Shown here piece by piece: positions 45,471 to 56,447 of a stretch of 64,000 nucleotides of DNA. Position numbers and translations under genes: made by a program. Numbering within the stretch: position 1 is the stretch's first letter; every line of letters begins with the position of its first letter. Location of the stretch: contig OZ025792.1 of NCBI GenBank assembly GCA_964019425.1, forward strand, positions 372,001-436,000. The letters run 5' to 3'. Under the pieces are notes generated by a model. The model had not been told where the DNA came from. It saw only the letters and a list, made by a program, of their open reading frames with translations, and made no database searches. The stretch is from Flectonema sp. DT1601 (taxonomy: Eukaryota).

Positions 45471-47007
45471 TCCCCCAACACCTTACAAAGGTAGTTGCCT
45501 TATTATTTTAAACCAAGATCGGGATATACATTTTATAAGTTCCGTACTTGACTTTTTTCTAAGTTTGTCTAAAGGAAGAACAAGAGAAGCGGACATGAGT
45601 CTGCTAATTGCATGGGGTGATCAGTATAATAGCGAATAGCAAGTCTGTTCCGATAATTTTTTGAAAGCACAAAAGTACTAAAAAAAAAAAAGAAAGAAAA
45701 AGACTTCGTGAGAATGACCCACTATCGTAATTGAAATGAAAAAAAAACAGAACTGACTTTTTTTTGATCCCATAAGTTACGCCGACCCAAAAGTTTTGGA
45801 TAGTTGAATCCCCGGATATTTCAACAGAATAATAAACAACTTTAAAAAAAAAGAAAGAAACGCGCACCATGCACGAAGCTGACAAGGTTAGGATAAATTG
45901 TTGCACAGCAGTGTGCAAAGAGGTACTATTGAAAGTGGTGTTCTTCCTTTTTTGTTTTGATATCGCCTTGGAAAAAGGGTTTCAACGGCGTTCAAAAAAA
46001 AGAACAGTCACCAAGACAACGAGTCGACTTTGTCATTTTTTTTATTTTTTTTTGGTTTGGTTTGGTTGTTAGAATACGTTAAGTACCTAATAAGTACTAA
46101 GTACCTGTGTGTTGTTCACATAAGACTATTATTCTTCCGTGAAACGCAAGAGGAACCAAAATCCATCTATCACAGGGGCTAGAACAACAGACAGGATTCA
46201 ACTTTTCTTTTCTCCAAAAGATCACTCTCGAAAACCGATGCGAGGACAAAGGTCGTCCCATACAACAAGTAACTTCAGTAACACCAATTGAGGCTGAGAA
46301 AAATTGTTACTTTTTTTTTTTTTTTTTTTTTTCCCCCAGCCCAGTGCTACACATTACTCTTTTGCAAAATGGTTTGTCAAGTATTTGATTGTTTCTCCTC
46401 ACTAATGAGGAAGGATGTTCCAAAGAAACGGTAAAAAAAAAAAAGCACACGAAGTACTTTCACGCGGAGATAGTAACTGAGTGCCAGACGCTTTAAGCCA
46501 AAAGTTTTTTTTTAAAACCAACAAAAAGAAAATTGGCTTAAACTAAAACTGTGCAGAAAATAGTTTCCACCGTGATGTTTTGTTTGTGCACGAAACCGTG
46601 AACCGACTTAACTGATAAAGCTTACGTGTGCTGCCAACATTTTTTTTTTCCGTTCTTGCAATACGAGTCAAAAAAGAAAGCAAAAAAAAAAGAGAGAGTG
46701 GGGGGGGAAATTATCAAGCATCACTACCGGTTATTTTTTTGGCGAAAAGAAAAAGTGCAGAAGTACATTGCAGACAAAAACATCGAGGAAAGAAAGCGAA
46801 ATGCAGTGCATAGACTTTACAATAAAGGGAAGGAAGATAGGGAAAAAAGAAGCGCAAACCTTTTCGCAAGCAAATCGAATAAAGAAAGCCTTTAACCATG
46901 CAAACAACGAGGTAGAAAACCTTGCTAACTGAAAAAGATAATTTCGACTTTCCATCATCATTATGAAGTTTTGGGGGAAAAAAAAGAAAAAAAAAATCGG
47001 AAATCAG

Positions 47008-47038
<31 letters not shown>

Positions 47039-47161
47039 AGAGATCAACTAGCATTGGTATGGCTATCATACATAACAAATATTTGAAAGAAAACAAGGTA
47101 ATTTCGGAGAATTTATTTTAAAAAAAAAAGAAAAAATATAATTTAATACGTCGGCACAACC

Positions 47162-48142
47162 TTACTGGGATGGTGGGGGAGCTACCGGCATGACCATTGC
47201 ATCAGATTGCTGATTGTCACCCTCAGCTAAGGCTCGCGATCTTGCACGTGCACGAGCTTTTGCGAGTGATCTCTTCGAGCGGGTTCCAGCCAGTTGTGTC
47301 TCAACAATTAATTCCAAAGTGCCGACATCTTTCCATGTTCTTCTAATGTTTGACGAAACTGTTGCTGCATCAGCAGGCTGACCGTCAACAAATAAGATTC
47401 TCATTCCCACAAGTAAACCAGCCTGATCAGCTGGACCTCCAGGGACAACATTAGTAATAGCATTTCCTCTTATCCAGGCACCAAAGCGTTGGTTTGGTCC
47501 AATTCTTGTAATGTGATGTCTTGATCGGGGGTTGCCATTTGGAGCGTGTGGGATTTGAATTATGTGTGGAATGACTCGAACGTGAGTAACGACTGGTTGA
47601 TAACCAACCATATCCGCAGAGACTGGTAATCCTCCACTACAACCCGATGCTGATGTTGTAATTGAATCACCACAAGATGATGAAGTAGTCGAATGTACAT
47701 CACTTTGATCAAATTGTGTTTGAGGAGGATCAGCTAAGAATGATGACCTTCTAGCGTTTGGGTTTACCAAACCAATAGCTGGAGATGCTGCTGCTGGTGC
47801 GTCACCATAAGAATAAGGATCATGAGTGAATGACGATGCACAGCTTCCTTGACTATCTCTGTAGTGTGCTAACACATGAGGACTAGAGATCGATGCCTCA
47901 CTAGAAATTGAACTTCTCGTACTTCCAGCAGCTGGGACTGGTACTGGAGGTGGTTGTCCAGTACCAGTATAAGCCACTGCAACACTACCACACAACGCAG
48001 AGCTTTCAAACGTTGGTCTAATTCCATTCAGAACTCCTGGACTACGAGTAACACAAAATCCACTTTGTTGTTGTACTGACTGAAACCCAAATGAACTCGA
48101 CACTGGTGCCTCAACTAATTTATTTGATAGCGACTGACTCAT
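47162..48142 (-). CDS. Low-complexity S/P/A-rich protein with THDPY motif and C-terminal PDZ domain
   Basis: SFTHDPYS; PDZ FGAWIRGNAITNVVPGGPADQAGLLVGMRILFVDG; pyrimidine-rich AG at 48181-48182. Confidence 0.8.
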   Translation of the reverse strand: MSQSLSNKLVEAPVSSSFGFQSVQQQSGFCVTRSPGVLNGIRPTFESSALCGSVAVAYTGTGQPPPVPVPAAGSTRSSISSEASISSPHVLAHYRDSQGSCASSFTHDPYSYGDAPAAASPAIGLVNPNARRSSFLADPPQTQFDQSDVHSTTSSSCGDSITTSASGCSGGLPVSADMVGYQPVVTHVRVIPHIIQIPHAPNGNPRSRHHITRIGPNQRFGAWIRGNAITNVVPGGPADQAGLLVGMRILFVDGQPADAATVSSNIRRTWKDVGTLELIVETQLAGTRSKRSLAKARARARSRALAEGDNQQSDAMVMPVAPPPSQ

Positions 48143-48707
48143 AGTAGCTTACTCTTTTTTGTTATTAGCCAAGGGAATGCCTGCAAATAGAATGAACAAA
48201 TTAATACAACAAAACGCTACCATTATATACTGTTGAATAACCTGTCATCATCAACTTCATGTTCTATTCTGGAAAACCTTTAGGGTGGGGGTAGATATTT
48301 ATTTTTTAATTTTGCTCAGCACACATTAATTTATAAGATAATTTTCAAAATCTACGTATCTATAAAAAAAAAAAGATGGAAAATATTAAAAAGGAAGACA
48401 ACACTCCTATAAAAGGTAAAAGCAATACATAAATATATGCAGATAGGCAATTACCACACTGAGATCCTTTTATTTATTTTTTTGTAAAAAAACAGTAATG
48501 TCGTTTTATCTAATACACAAGTAGGTGACGTAAGAAATATCTAAACTTTTTTGAAAAGTAACGAAACTAATAAAATCTAAATAACGAAATAATTGGAATC
48601 ACCATTTCTGATTATTATTCACAATAGACTGGTGAATAACTTGATCACGTCTTACTCTGAAAGAGTATCTGTTAAGCATGAATACCTCCGATATATATTT
48701 TATAATT

Positions 48708-51700
48708 TCATATATCGGTCAGAAAATCAGACTGTCGACGAGAAACATGAAAAGCCTCCCTTCCAACAATGTCGGTTGTGTTATTGATTTCATCGGCAGG
48801 GCTACCAAACAACCTCGTTGGTGGATTAGGTGCCGGAGGACTCTCACCACCGGGAGTACGAGGAAGAGGTTTTCCCTTTGAAACTAAATCGTTTATGGAA
48901 GGGGATCCTTTTACGACATTAACACCAGAGAATCGATGTACTTCTCGTAAGTTAGCTTCAATTTTAAGATTGGAAATTGATTTCTTCAAAAGATAAATAA
49001 CAATTCCAATTCCAAACCCAACAACAACCGTAAATATTGTCATAATCTGTAATACGATCTCAACATCATTACTGCTGTCAGAAGGTGATTCAGTCTTTGG
49101 AACGATTACTCTATATTCGAGAATATCCCAATTAAAAGTCGAAAACGGATTCTCTCCGTCTGCTAATATCTTTTGAAACGCTGTCATCTTATCATCGCCA
49201 TCAGGTCCAAGAATTTGAAAGTGAACATCGACGGATCCTTCTTTTACTAATGTAATGTTAACTGTCGAAGGGACAATCTTTAAACTGTCAGCCACGGCTG
49301 CAGAAAACAACTCTCCTGTGAAATCATCAACAGTAAGTCCAAGGATCACTCCAAGTGGAATTGATGTGATTTTATAATTTTCAGGACTTTGTTGTGTTGG
49401 ATCACAGTCTCCAATAACATTACCAGCACACCTGTCGTATTGTTCCAGACAGCTGTCAGTTAAAGACATCGATCTGAGACATCCGACTAGTCTTCCGGCT
49501 TCATTAAAATTATTAAAACAATTTGAACTCAAGTCCTCACCCAGCTGCGCCGCAGACGGGCATTCCAAAGTAGCAGTAGAAGTTGATTGTTGTTGTCGTT
49601 GTTGTTGTGTTAATGTATCTGTCGCTGGTTCATAGTTTGAAATAGTGAAAGTGTTCGTAATTGTATTAATAATTGGATTAACAGTTTCTGTTGGATTAAC
49701 AGTTTCTATTGGCATAACAGTCTCAGTTGGAGTGACGATAACAGTCTCAGTTCGTGGTTGGACCTCTCGTGTTGCAGTTTTACTCTCCTCAACATTGTTG
49801 ACACTAAGTGTATGAGATTCCGTAACTGTCGGTATTACGACAACTGTTTTTGAAACAACAGGAACCTCAGTAGGCTGAGCTGTTGGAACAGCAGTCGGCT
49901 GCAATGTCTCCGGTATGTCAGTACTAGGGATTTGTGTCTCTCCAGTTCTACTCTTTTCATACACAAACCCTGTCTCAGTTCCTGGGACGTTGTTAAAAAC
50001 TAATTGAGATAGATCAGCACTACGGAGGTAATCAACATTACCCACAGCATAACACAGAGAGTATGTACCTCCTGAGACGAGGTGTTGAAGTATCTCACCT
50101 GTTGCCTTCCTTAATATCGATTCTGTGTTCGACTTTTCGTATTCATAAGAAGAATTACAACCTACTTCAATTGGAGGTATGACTATAATAAGATTCTGTA
50201 ATGATGATCCCCTAACAGCAATGTCATTTATACTTCTTAAAGTCGGAGTAGAGACCCAAGGGAGAATAGAATTCACATTTGTGACAACTGGTAGATCACT
50301 GAAACGAATACTGAAATTATCAACAATTTCTGATGGCCAACCAACAGGTGACCAACACAAGTATACCACTGTCGTGTTCAACGCAAAAGGCTGAATTCGT
50401 ACGGAGACTGTCGGAGCTGAAATTGTTACTTGTCTGTCGTTGATACGTGAGTCACAGTTACTGGTATCGGATGGAAATATGTTCATCGATGATATGATTG
50501 TTACCTCATCAGATTGAGAGCTTGTGAATATAACTGAAGCAGTCGCTTCCGTTTCTTCAGAAAACAATATATTTTTACTCGATTCAAATTTTGGCAATTT
50601 ATCAGTTGATATGACAACTTCAATGGGATACCAATTAGTAGTACCGTCAACTGACCAACAGAGTCTTTCATTTTTAATTGTTTGATTTTTAAATATATCA
50701 GGACCAGTGTAGTTGCTTGATGCGAAAGGTTTCAGAATTGGTGAATCCAATAAAACATTAAACTGAGAAATAAATCCCGATACATCACTACCCTCATGGT
50801 TACAAAATCTAAGCTGAACACCTTGAAAAGCAGAAGTTGAAGTAGATTCTACAGACAAGTCTATTTCATAATTTAAAAACTGTTCCTTATTAAGCAGAGT
50901 AGAGGAACTAACAGCAACAACTAAGTTTGCAAAAATTGGAATAGGCTCGAATGTAATGACAACACCTTCAACAACCCCACCCAATGCCCAATCAGGGAAC
51001 CCGTTATGAACAGGTGCCCAACAGAGTGGATACGTCTCTGCGACAAGACTTGATGTGATGTTGTTAGTTATTACAAAGTGAACTTCATTAGTAGACGAGT
51101 TGAGAAGGGCTGGAGTGGTTCCAAGGGGTTGAGGTATTGGACTACATCCTATTCTTATAAAAATACCATCAAAACTTGATCCCCTAACCACAACAATAAT
51201 TGGATTTATATCAGTGTCAGTCTGCAAATCATCAAACATCGACAGTAACTCAATTCGTGACACCGTAGATTCCGATCCCTCAAAAGTCGGTCTAGGCGAC
51301 CATGTCACTTGAGTTGATGTCAATACATCAATATCCTCCTGTCCAACAGCTGAATACCTAATTAATAAATTGTGAACAACATCAGCTGACAACACAGGAA
51401 GTTCGCTTCTATAAAAAGTATTTCTGCCTGAAGATGGTGATGCAGTCAATTCTTTAAACGGTGTCGTAATAGCAGTAATTGAATTCTTAAGACAGTAAGT
51501 GGGAACAACATCTCCAAAAGACTGTGAAATAAATTCATTCGACAACATTGAGATGTCTACCCCGGATAACGATTCCCCGTATGTCAATTGGATGTTATTA
51601 TTTAAACTTAACAAAGGATTTAGAATCGGGAATTGCACAACATTAAAAGTTGATATAAAGTCTCCAATCGGACTACTCGAATTTAATGAGTAGTAAACCG

Positions 51701-54464
51701 TGAAAACAACATCTGACGTCGTTTTCAACATCGATATAATTTCACTGCTTTGAATGATTATTATATTCGTTGTTGAAGACAAGTCTGACAGTTCAATGCA
51801 AACACTAATGGAACTACACAGCTTGTAATAAACAATTTGTTCATCTGTATTCACAGCACCCAATGAAATTAACACTGACCTGTTATACATCAGTTCCTCC
51901 ACAGATATTGCAATAACTGGTGTCGGCATATAAACAGGAAGACTAGCTATTTTTAGGTATTGATTTGAACTGTGCCATTGAGAAGCTGTTTTCCAATGAA
52001 GTGGGATGGTATTTCCAGGAGATAGCATGTCATTGGATGGACCAAACGTATAAATTGGAGGATTTGAAAGTGTGAACGTGTTGTTGTCACGTTCATCACC
52101 AGTACCCCAAGACAACACCACGAATGAATTAATTCCATCGACGCTTATCGGAATCGTAAACCCTTCATAGTATTGCATCACACTAACAGTTTGTGTAGTT
52201 TCCTCAAAGACAGGATTTCTAAGAATTGCTAACCTTCCAATACTAATCCTATTCTGAGTAGTGGTATTGCCACAGACAACGTAATCACCCACAACCATAT
52301 CTGAGTCAATAATTATATCGAATTGACTACAGTACAGATCTGAGCAATTTTTCTCAAATGAATAAAGTCTTTCTGAAGTACAATCACTCCGACTGTAATA
52401 CACAACTAATGATGTCATAAATGATCCTCCAACTTGAAAAGAATTTGAGAATCTTTCTAACGGTCGTTGAATAATAAATTGGTTACTCTGTATGGTACTA
52501 CTTGGAATTATTCTATATATGACTTCTGTTGTATTCCAAATAGTCGTATCAGTGTCAGGATGGTATCCCCAACAAAGATACAAGTCAGTGACTGATGTCT
52601 TTGTTGTGTGTGATGTCAGATTCATCAAAGGCAACTCTCCATCAGTTGCGATTGAAGAAACAATATCATCACAAGACTGAACAGTAGACACAGATAGTAA
52701 AAGACCTGATACGGATATTTGATTTTCATTTTTAATACGAGATGCTGTTTGTGGTGATCGTAAAGAGACAATTTGAGGTACAGCCGTCACAGGAATGATT
52801 TCACTTGATAACAAGTCAGGTTCTTGTGAAATAACAATTTTTATATTCGTCGGCAATACAACCAAATCATTTCCAACTGAGAGACACGCAAAGTATGTAC
52901 CTGGTGTACTTCCTGACGGAACGGTACCAACCGCTTGAATTGTTGAGCTCTCCAATTGTGATGAGGTTCTTGTTCCATCACTGCAATCTTCACTTCCTGC
53001 GAGTGACAAGAATAAGTCACTACTACTTCCACGAGTATAAAAATTCCTCCCTTTAACAATCAACTCATGTCCAGAATTATTCATTATTTGTGGATATGAA
53101 ATCAAAACAGTTCCACCTGACGTATTCGGTAGTGGTGCCGGAGTGATTAAAACACGAATACCAGTCCTCTCGTATTGTAGTTCCACGTCAATAGTTTCCT
53201 TTCTGTAGACTACATAACATAAATACCATCCAATACCTGTTTGTAGACCTGCCGGTAGTCTAGATCCGAACCCACTTCCATTTTCAACTAACACATTAAC
53301 ATGCAATACTGATCCACAACTAGAAGAAACACTGTAACCGACATGAATAAAATCTTGATTCAGATCGGTTCCGGGCATTGGAATAATTTCAGACGAAGGA
53401 AAGGTTTTTGAGTAGGGTAAGAAGACATCACCGGCAGTGAATGCTGGCTTAGGCTGAACAGTAACTTGAAAATTACTTTGAGTGAAGAAGGCTGGATTTG
53501 GAGATGTGGAGTCGATAAGGGAAGCGACGCAAATTCGATGAGTTCCCACAGCAAGTGCCGCAGGGATTGTTATGGTTGCGTTATTTCCTTCAGAAGGTGT
53601 CATCAGTGATATGAAAAGAGGAACAGATTCTACATCACAATCAAAACCAACATAAGCATTCCTCTGTAGACCACTACCAGAAACAGTTAATTGATGTGGA
53701 AGTATTGCTTCAGGAACTGGCTTCTCATCTACACTAACTAAAACTGGTAATGGATCGATCCTAATAATTACATTCCCAGCCAGAGAAGATGGCAACACTG
53801 TTGATAAAGGTAACTGTGAATGACCATCTGAAGTAATTGGGCCATACCAACAAACAGAATAATTAACTCCTGGGGTTAGGACATGTGGAATATCCCAACT
53901 TGAAGAGGACATGAAATTGAAATCTCTGATACTGGCATCAGTACACACTGTATTGGAAGTCAGAAACAGTAGTACGTTTTGTGGTACTCCGTTGAGAGTA
54001 TTGTTTCCTCTCAGACCATCTGCTGCAGAGAGGACTAATGTTGTTGGTTCAAACACGATCGAGGTCTTTTGACAAATAAAACCCAAACTATCACCACATC
54101 CAGACCAACTATAAATACCACCTTGTAGAAGGAAAGCACAGTCACCAATACTTCCTGATAACCTAATGAGGTCAGAAGGTACTGAGGTTCCACCATTAAA
54201 TTGTAATCCGTCGGATGTTTCTTTCGCTCCTATCCAAGTGTCTGTAATGGCCATGTATTGTCGAATATAATTCGAATTAGTTACCAGAGCACCTCCGTCT
54301 GCTTTGCACTTGTCTTCTGCTGCATTCCAAGACTTAGAATTCCAGTAGTATCTGAAACATTGTCCAGCCACATCATCATAACCAGCGCTATTACTGCATT
54401 CATCAAAACAAGGGCAGTCAGACTTGACTCCAATACATAATAAAATAAAGGCTAGTAGACGCAT
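48708..54464 (-). CDS. Large type I membrane protein: signal peptide, C-type lectin-like domain, repeated ~100 aa beta-rich units, T/P-rich stalk, SEA-like region, TM, short tail
   Basis: MRLLAFILLCIGVKS signal; CFRYY...SWNAAEDKC...GGALV...WIG...CA...C....FICQK; recurrent G-x-Y-x-L-C-W/Y motif; TM IVLQIMTIFTVVVGFGIGIVIYLLKK. Confidence 0.85.
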   Translation of the reverse strand: MRLLAFILLCIGVKSDCPCFDECSNSAGYDDVAGQCFRYYWNSKSWNAAEDKCKADGGALVTNSNYIRQYMAITDTWIGAKETSDGLQFNGGTSVPSDLIRLSGSIGDCAFLLQGGIYSWSGCGDSLGFICQKTSIVFEPTTLVLSAADGLRGNNTLNGVPQNVLLFLTSNTVCTDASIRDFNFMSSSSWDIPHVLTPGVNYSVCWYGPITSDGHSQLPLSTVLPSSLAGNVIIRIDPLPVLVSVDEKPVPEAILPHQLTVSGSGLQRNAYVGFDCDVESVPLFISLMTPSEGNNATITIPAALAVGTHRICVASLIDSTSPNPAFFTQSNFQVTVQPKPAFTAGDVFLPYSKTFPSSEIIPMPGTDLNQDFIHVGYSVSSSCGSVLHVNVLVENGSGFGSRLPAGLQTGIGWYLCYVVYRKETIDVELQYERTGIRVLITPAPLPNTSGGTVLISYPQIMNNSGHELIVKGRNFYTRGSSSDLFLSLAGSEDCSDGTRTSSQLESSTIQAVGTVPSGSTPGTYFACLSVGNDLVVLPTNIKIVISQEPDLLSSEIIPVTAVPQIVSLRSPQTASRIKNENQISVSGLLLSVSTVQSCDDIVSSIATDGELPLMNLTSHTTKTSVTDLYLCWGYHPDTDTTIWNTTEVIYRIIPSSTIQSNQFIIQRPLERFSNSFQVGGSFMTSLVVYYSRSDCTSERLYSFEKNCSDLYCSQFDIIIDSDMVVGDYVVCGNTTTQNRISIGRLAILRNPVFEETTQTVSVMQYYEGFTIPISVDGINSFVVLSWGTGDERDNNTFTLSNPPIYTFGPSNDMLSPGNTIPLHWKTASQWHSSNQYLKIASLPVYMPTPVIAISVEELMYNRSVLISLGAVNTDEQIVYYKLCSSISVCIELSDLSSTTNIIIIQSSEIISMLKTTSDVVFTVYYSLNSSSPIGDFISTFNVVQFPILNPLLSLNNNIQLTYGESLSGVDISMLSNEFISQSFGDVVPTYCLKNSITAITTPFKELTASPSSGRNTFYRSELPVLSADVVHNLLIRYSAVGQEDIDVLTSTQVTWSPRPTFEGSESTVSRIELLSMFDDLQTDTDINPIIVVVRGSSFDGIFIRIGCSPIPQPLGTTPALLNSSTNEVHFVITNNITSSLVAETYPLCWAPVHNGFPDWALGGVVEGVVITFEPIPIFANLVVAVSSSTLLNKEQFLNYEIDLSVESTSTSAFQGVQLRFCNHEGSDVSGFISQFNVLLDSPILKPFASSNYTGPDIFKNQTIKNERLCWSVDGTTNWYPIEVVISTDKLPKFESSKNILFSEETEATASVIFTSSQSDEVTIISSMNIFPSDTSNCDSRINDRQVTISAPTVSVRIQPFALNTTVVYLCWSPVGWPSEIVDNFSIRFSDLPVVTNVNSILPWVSTPTLRSINDIAVRGSSLQNLIIVIPPIEVGCNSSYEYEKSNTESILRKATGEILQHLVSGGTYSLCYAVGNVDYLRSADLSQLVFNNVPGTETGFVYEKSRTGETQIPSTDIPETLQPTAVPTAQPTEVPVVSKTVVVIPTVTESHTLSVNNVEESKTATREVQPRTETVIVTPTETVMPIETVNPTETVNPIINTITNTFTISNYEPATDTLTQQQRQQQSTSTATLECPSAAQLGEDLSSNCFNNFNEAGRLVGCLRSMSLTDSCLEQYDRCAGNVIGDCDPTQQSPENYKITSIPLGVILGLTVDDFTGELFSAAVADSLKIVPSTVNITLVKEGSVDVHFQILGPDGDDKMTAFQKILADGENPFSTFNWDILEYRVIVPKTESPSDSSNDVEIVLQIMTIFTVVVGFGIGIVIYLLKKSISNLKIEANLREVHRFSGVNVVKGSPSINDLVSKGKPLPRTPGGESPPAPNPPTRLFGSPADEINNTTDIVGREAFHVSRRQSDFLTDI

Positions 54465-54629
54465 GCCATACAATTGATAGCACAGACAGCCCTGAATAGA
54501 TGAGGGGGGAGGAAATACGTTTAATTATCCACAGCTGGAATAGTAGTAGTCAAAGTAACGATGAGAGATGGTTTGTGAGAGTTATGACTCCCGAAACAAC
54601 TTTTTTTATTTTTTTTTTTTTTTTCATAA

Positions 54630-55121
54630 TTATGTTGAATAATAAGATACAATTGAACTAGTCACCATCCATATTTCATAAGCAAGGATGACACTTTCAT
54701 TTCTTACGATGACCACGTCAGTTATGTCTGCCTCGGTAGATGTTGAACGCCTGTTGCTTAAGTGATCTACTGAAGCAGAAATCGAAGAATCTTTTGATTG
54801 ATTAGTACTACACAGCAACCAAGGCCAATGTGTCCGCAAGCTATACAACACTAGTGTTGCTAACGGTGATATCTCATGAATCAGATTGGTTATTACTTTT
54901 TGTTGTTTTTGCTGTCTCGTCAGTGTCACCGTTATGGCTCGTTCTCGGCTAGACACTAAAGCTTCCATTTTTAAAATCGCAAGATTTTCAGCATCGTGTG
55001 CCATCAATTTCCTTTTTTTACACCTTTCCTTAATAATGGTCGGTCCATCACGAGTCTTCTCTGACTGTCTACTCATCTGCTGTAATTCAACTCCCCCCTC
55101 TGCAGGATTTGTATTTTGCAT
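54630..55121 (-). CDS. Hypothetical protein
   Basis: Coding-like ORF on the cluster strand with an ATG soon after a pyrimidine-rich CAG; no recognisable motif. Confidence 0.45.
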   Translation of the reverse strand: MQNTNPAEGGVELQQMSRQSEKTRDGPTIIKERCKKRKLMAHDAENLAILKMEALVSSRERAITVTLTRQQKQQKVITNLIHEISPLATLVLYSLRTHWPWLLCSTNQSKDSSISASVDHLSNRRSTSTEADITDVVIVRNESVILAYEIWMVTSSIVSYYST

Positions 55122-55608
55122 CACTAGGTAACCTGCGTCACAAAGAAAGAATATAAACAAAAAACTCAACAAGATGTTGATCTTTAATTTATTCAACTTG
55201 ACATTGCGCATAGTTAGTTTTTAGATCTCGGATCAATGAGCTCTTCAACTTTAACAGGTTGAAAATAAAAAAAAAATAAAATGATATAAATAATCAAACG
55301 GTGGGAAAGGGAGCAGAGATGAGAGAAATACAAACACTTTCTTCATAAAATAATTATATGTGTCTAATGCCGCCATACTACGAAAGAAAATAACCGCTGA
55401 CAGGGGCTGTTCACCCCTAATTGTCTCATTGGCATTGTAAAGAGCCTACTGAAGGCTCTAAAAAAGATATCATTAAATGTGGGCAACACAAATAACTATA
55501 ATCCGAAAGTAACAGAAAAGGGATGCTCAAATGAGACAGTTAGTTTTAGGTCTTAACTGCTCCGGACGTTTTTTTTGCTTATACAAAAAAAAAAAAAGAA
55601 GGACAACT

Positions 55609-55609
<1 letters not shown>

Positions 55610-55642
<33 letters not shown>
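55610..55642. repeat. (CAA)11 microsatellite
   Basis: Read directly from sequence. Confidence 0.95.
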
Positions 55643-56447
55643 AACCAAAAAAACGGTTGATCAGAGCTAGTATAACAGAAGAATGAAATCGCACGGGAAC
55701 AAGTAATAAAATAGGGAAGAAAAATAGAGAGATAGATCAGGAAGTCCATTACATTGCATATTGCGTAATCGTTATCAATCTTGTTAGGATTGGCTAATTA
55801 GAGTAAGTTACTCTACAGTCAAAGGACAATAACAAACAACAAGGGTGATAACTGTTTGAGAATACTTATATATATATATATATTAATAAAATGAATGTAC
55901 TGGATCCTACCTCATCCGCATACATGTCTCTTTTCTTTCTGTGTTGTTATTCAGTACAGCACGAAATCGAGTTAGTTAAATAATCGTGAGCCAGAATGGA
56001 GGGGTACAATGTAATATGACAGAGGGTAGGTTTCACCTATTAATTACTTGTCGAAATATGAATAATGATTTTGTTAAAAAAAGATAATATGTTTTTGCTC
56101 AGATTGCTTCGTACACACTAGCAGAGCATTCACCCTAAATAAAAGGAAGGTAATATTAAAATAGTATCGAACTCAAGTAAGAAACGTGAGAGGCTTGCCT
56201 AACTCACCAGTTGGTGTCGGGGCATCGTACGAAGAGTTATCTCGTAGTGGCAAAGCCCAGAGTAAGACGAGCAACAAGAGGGGGTTCGATCACTTCACTA
56301 AACCATGGGGGTTAGTTTGGTTCTGTGCACGGGAAAATCGACGTTAAAAAAGGAAAACGAAAAAAAAAAAAAAAAAAGTGAAGCTGCTAAGTCCCTCAAG
56401 ATTCGACTTCTTAAGGTTTAAAAGAAAAGAGAAACAGGAACAGTTAA

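Noticed and set aside
478..46961. Many short F/K-rich ORFs on both strands (e.g. 1054-1302, 7997-8380, 39254-39925, 43690-43992)
   Set aside because: They are translations of poly(A)/poly(T) tracts with no domain signal.
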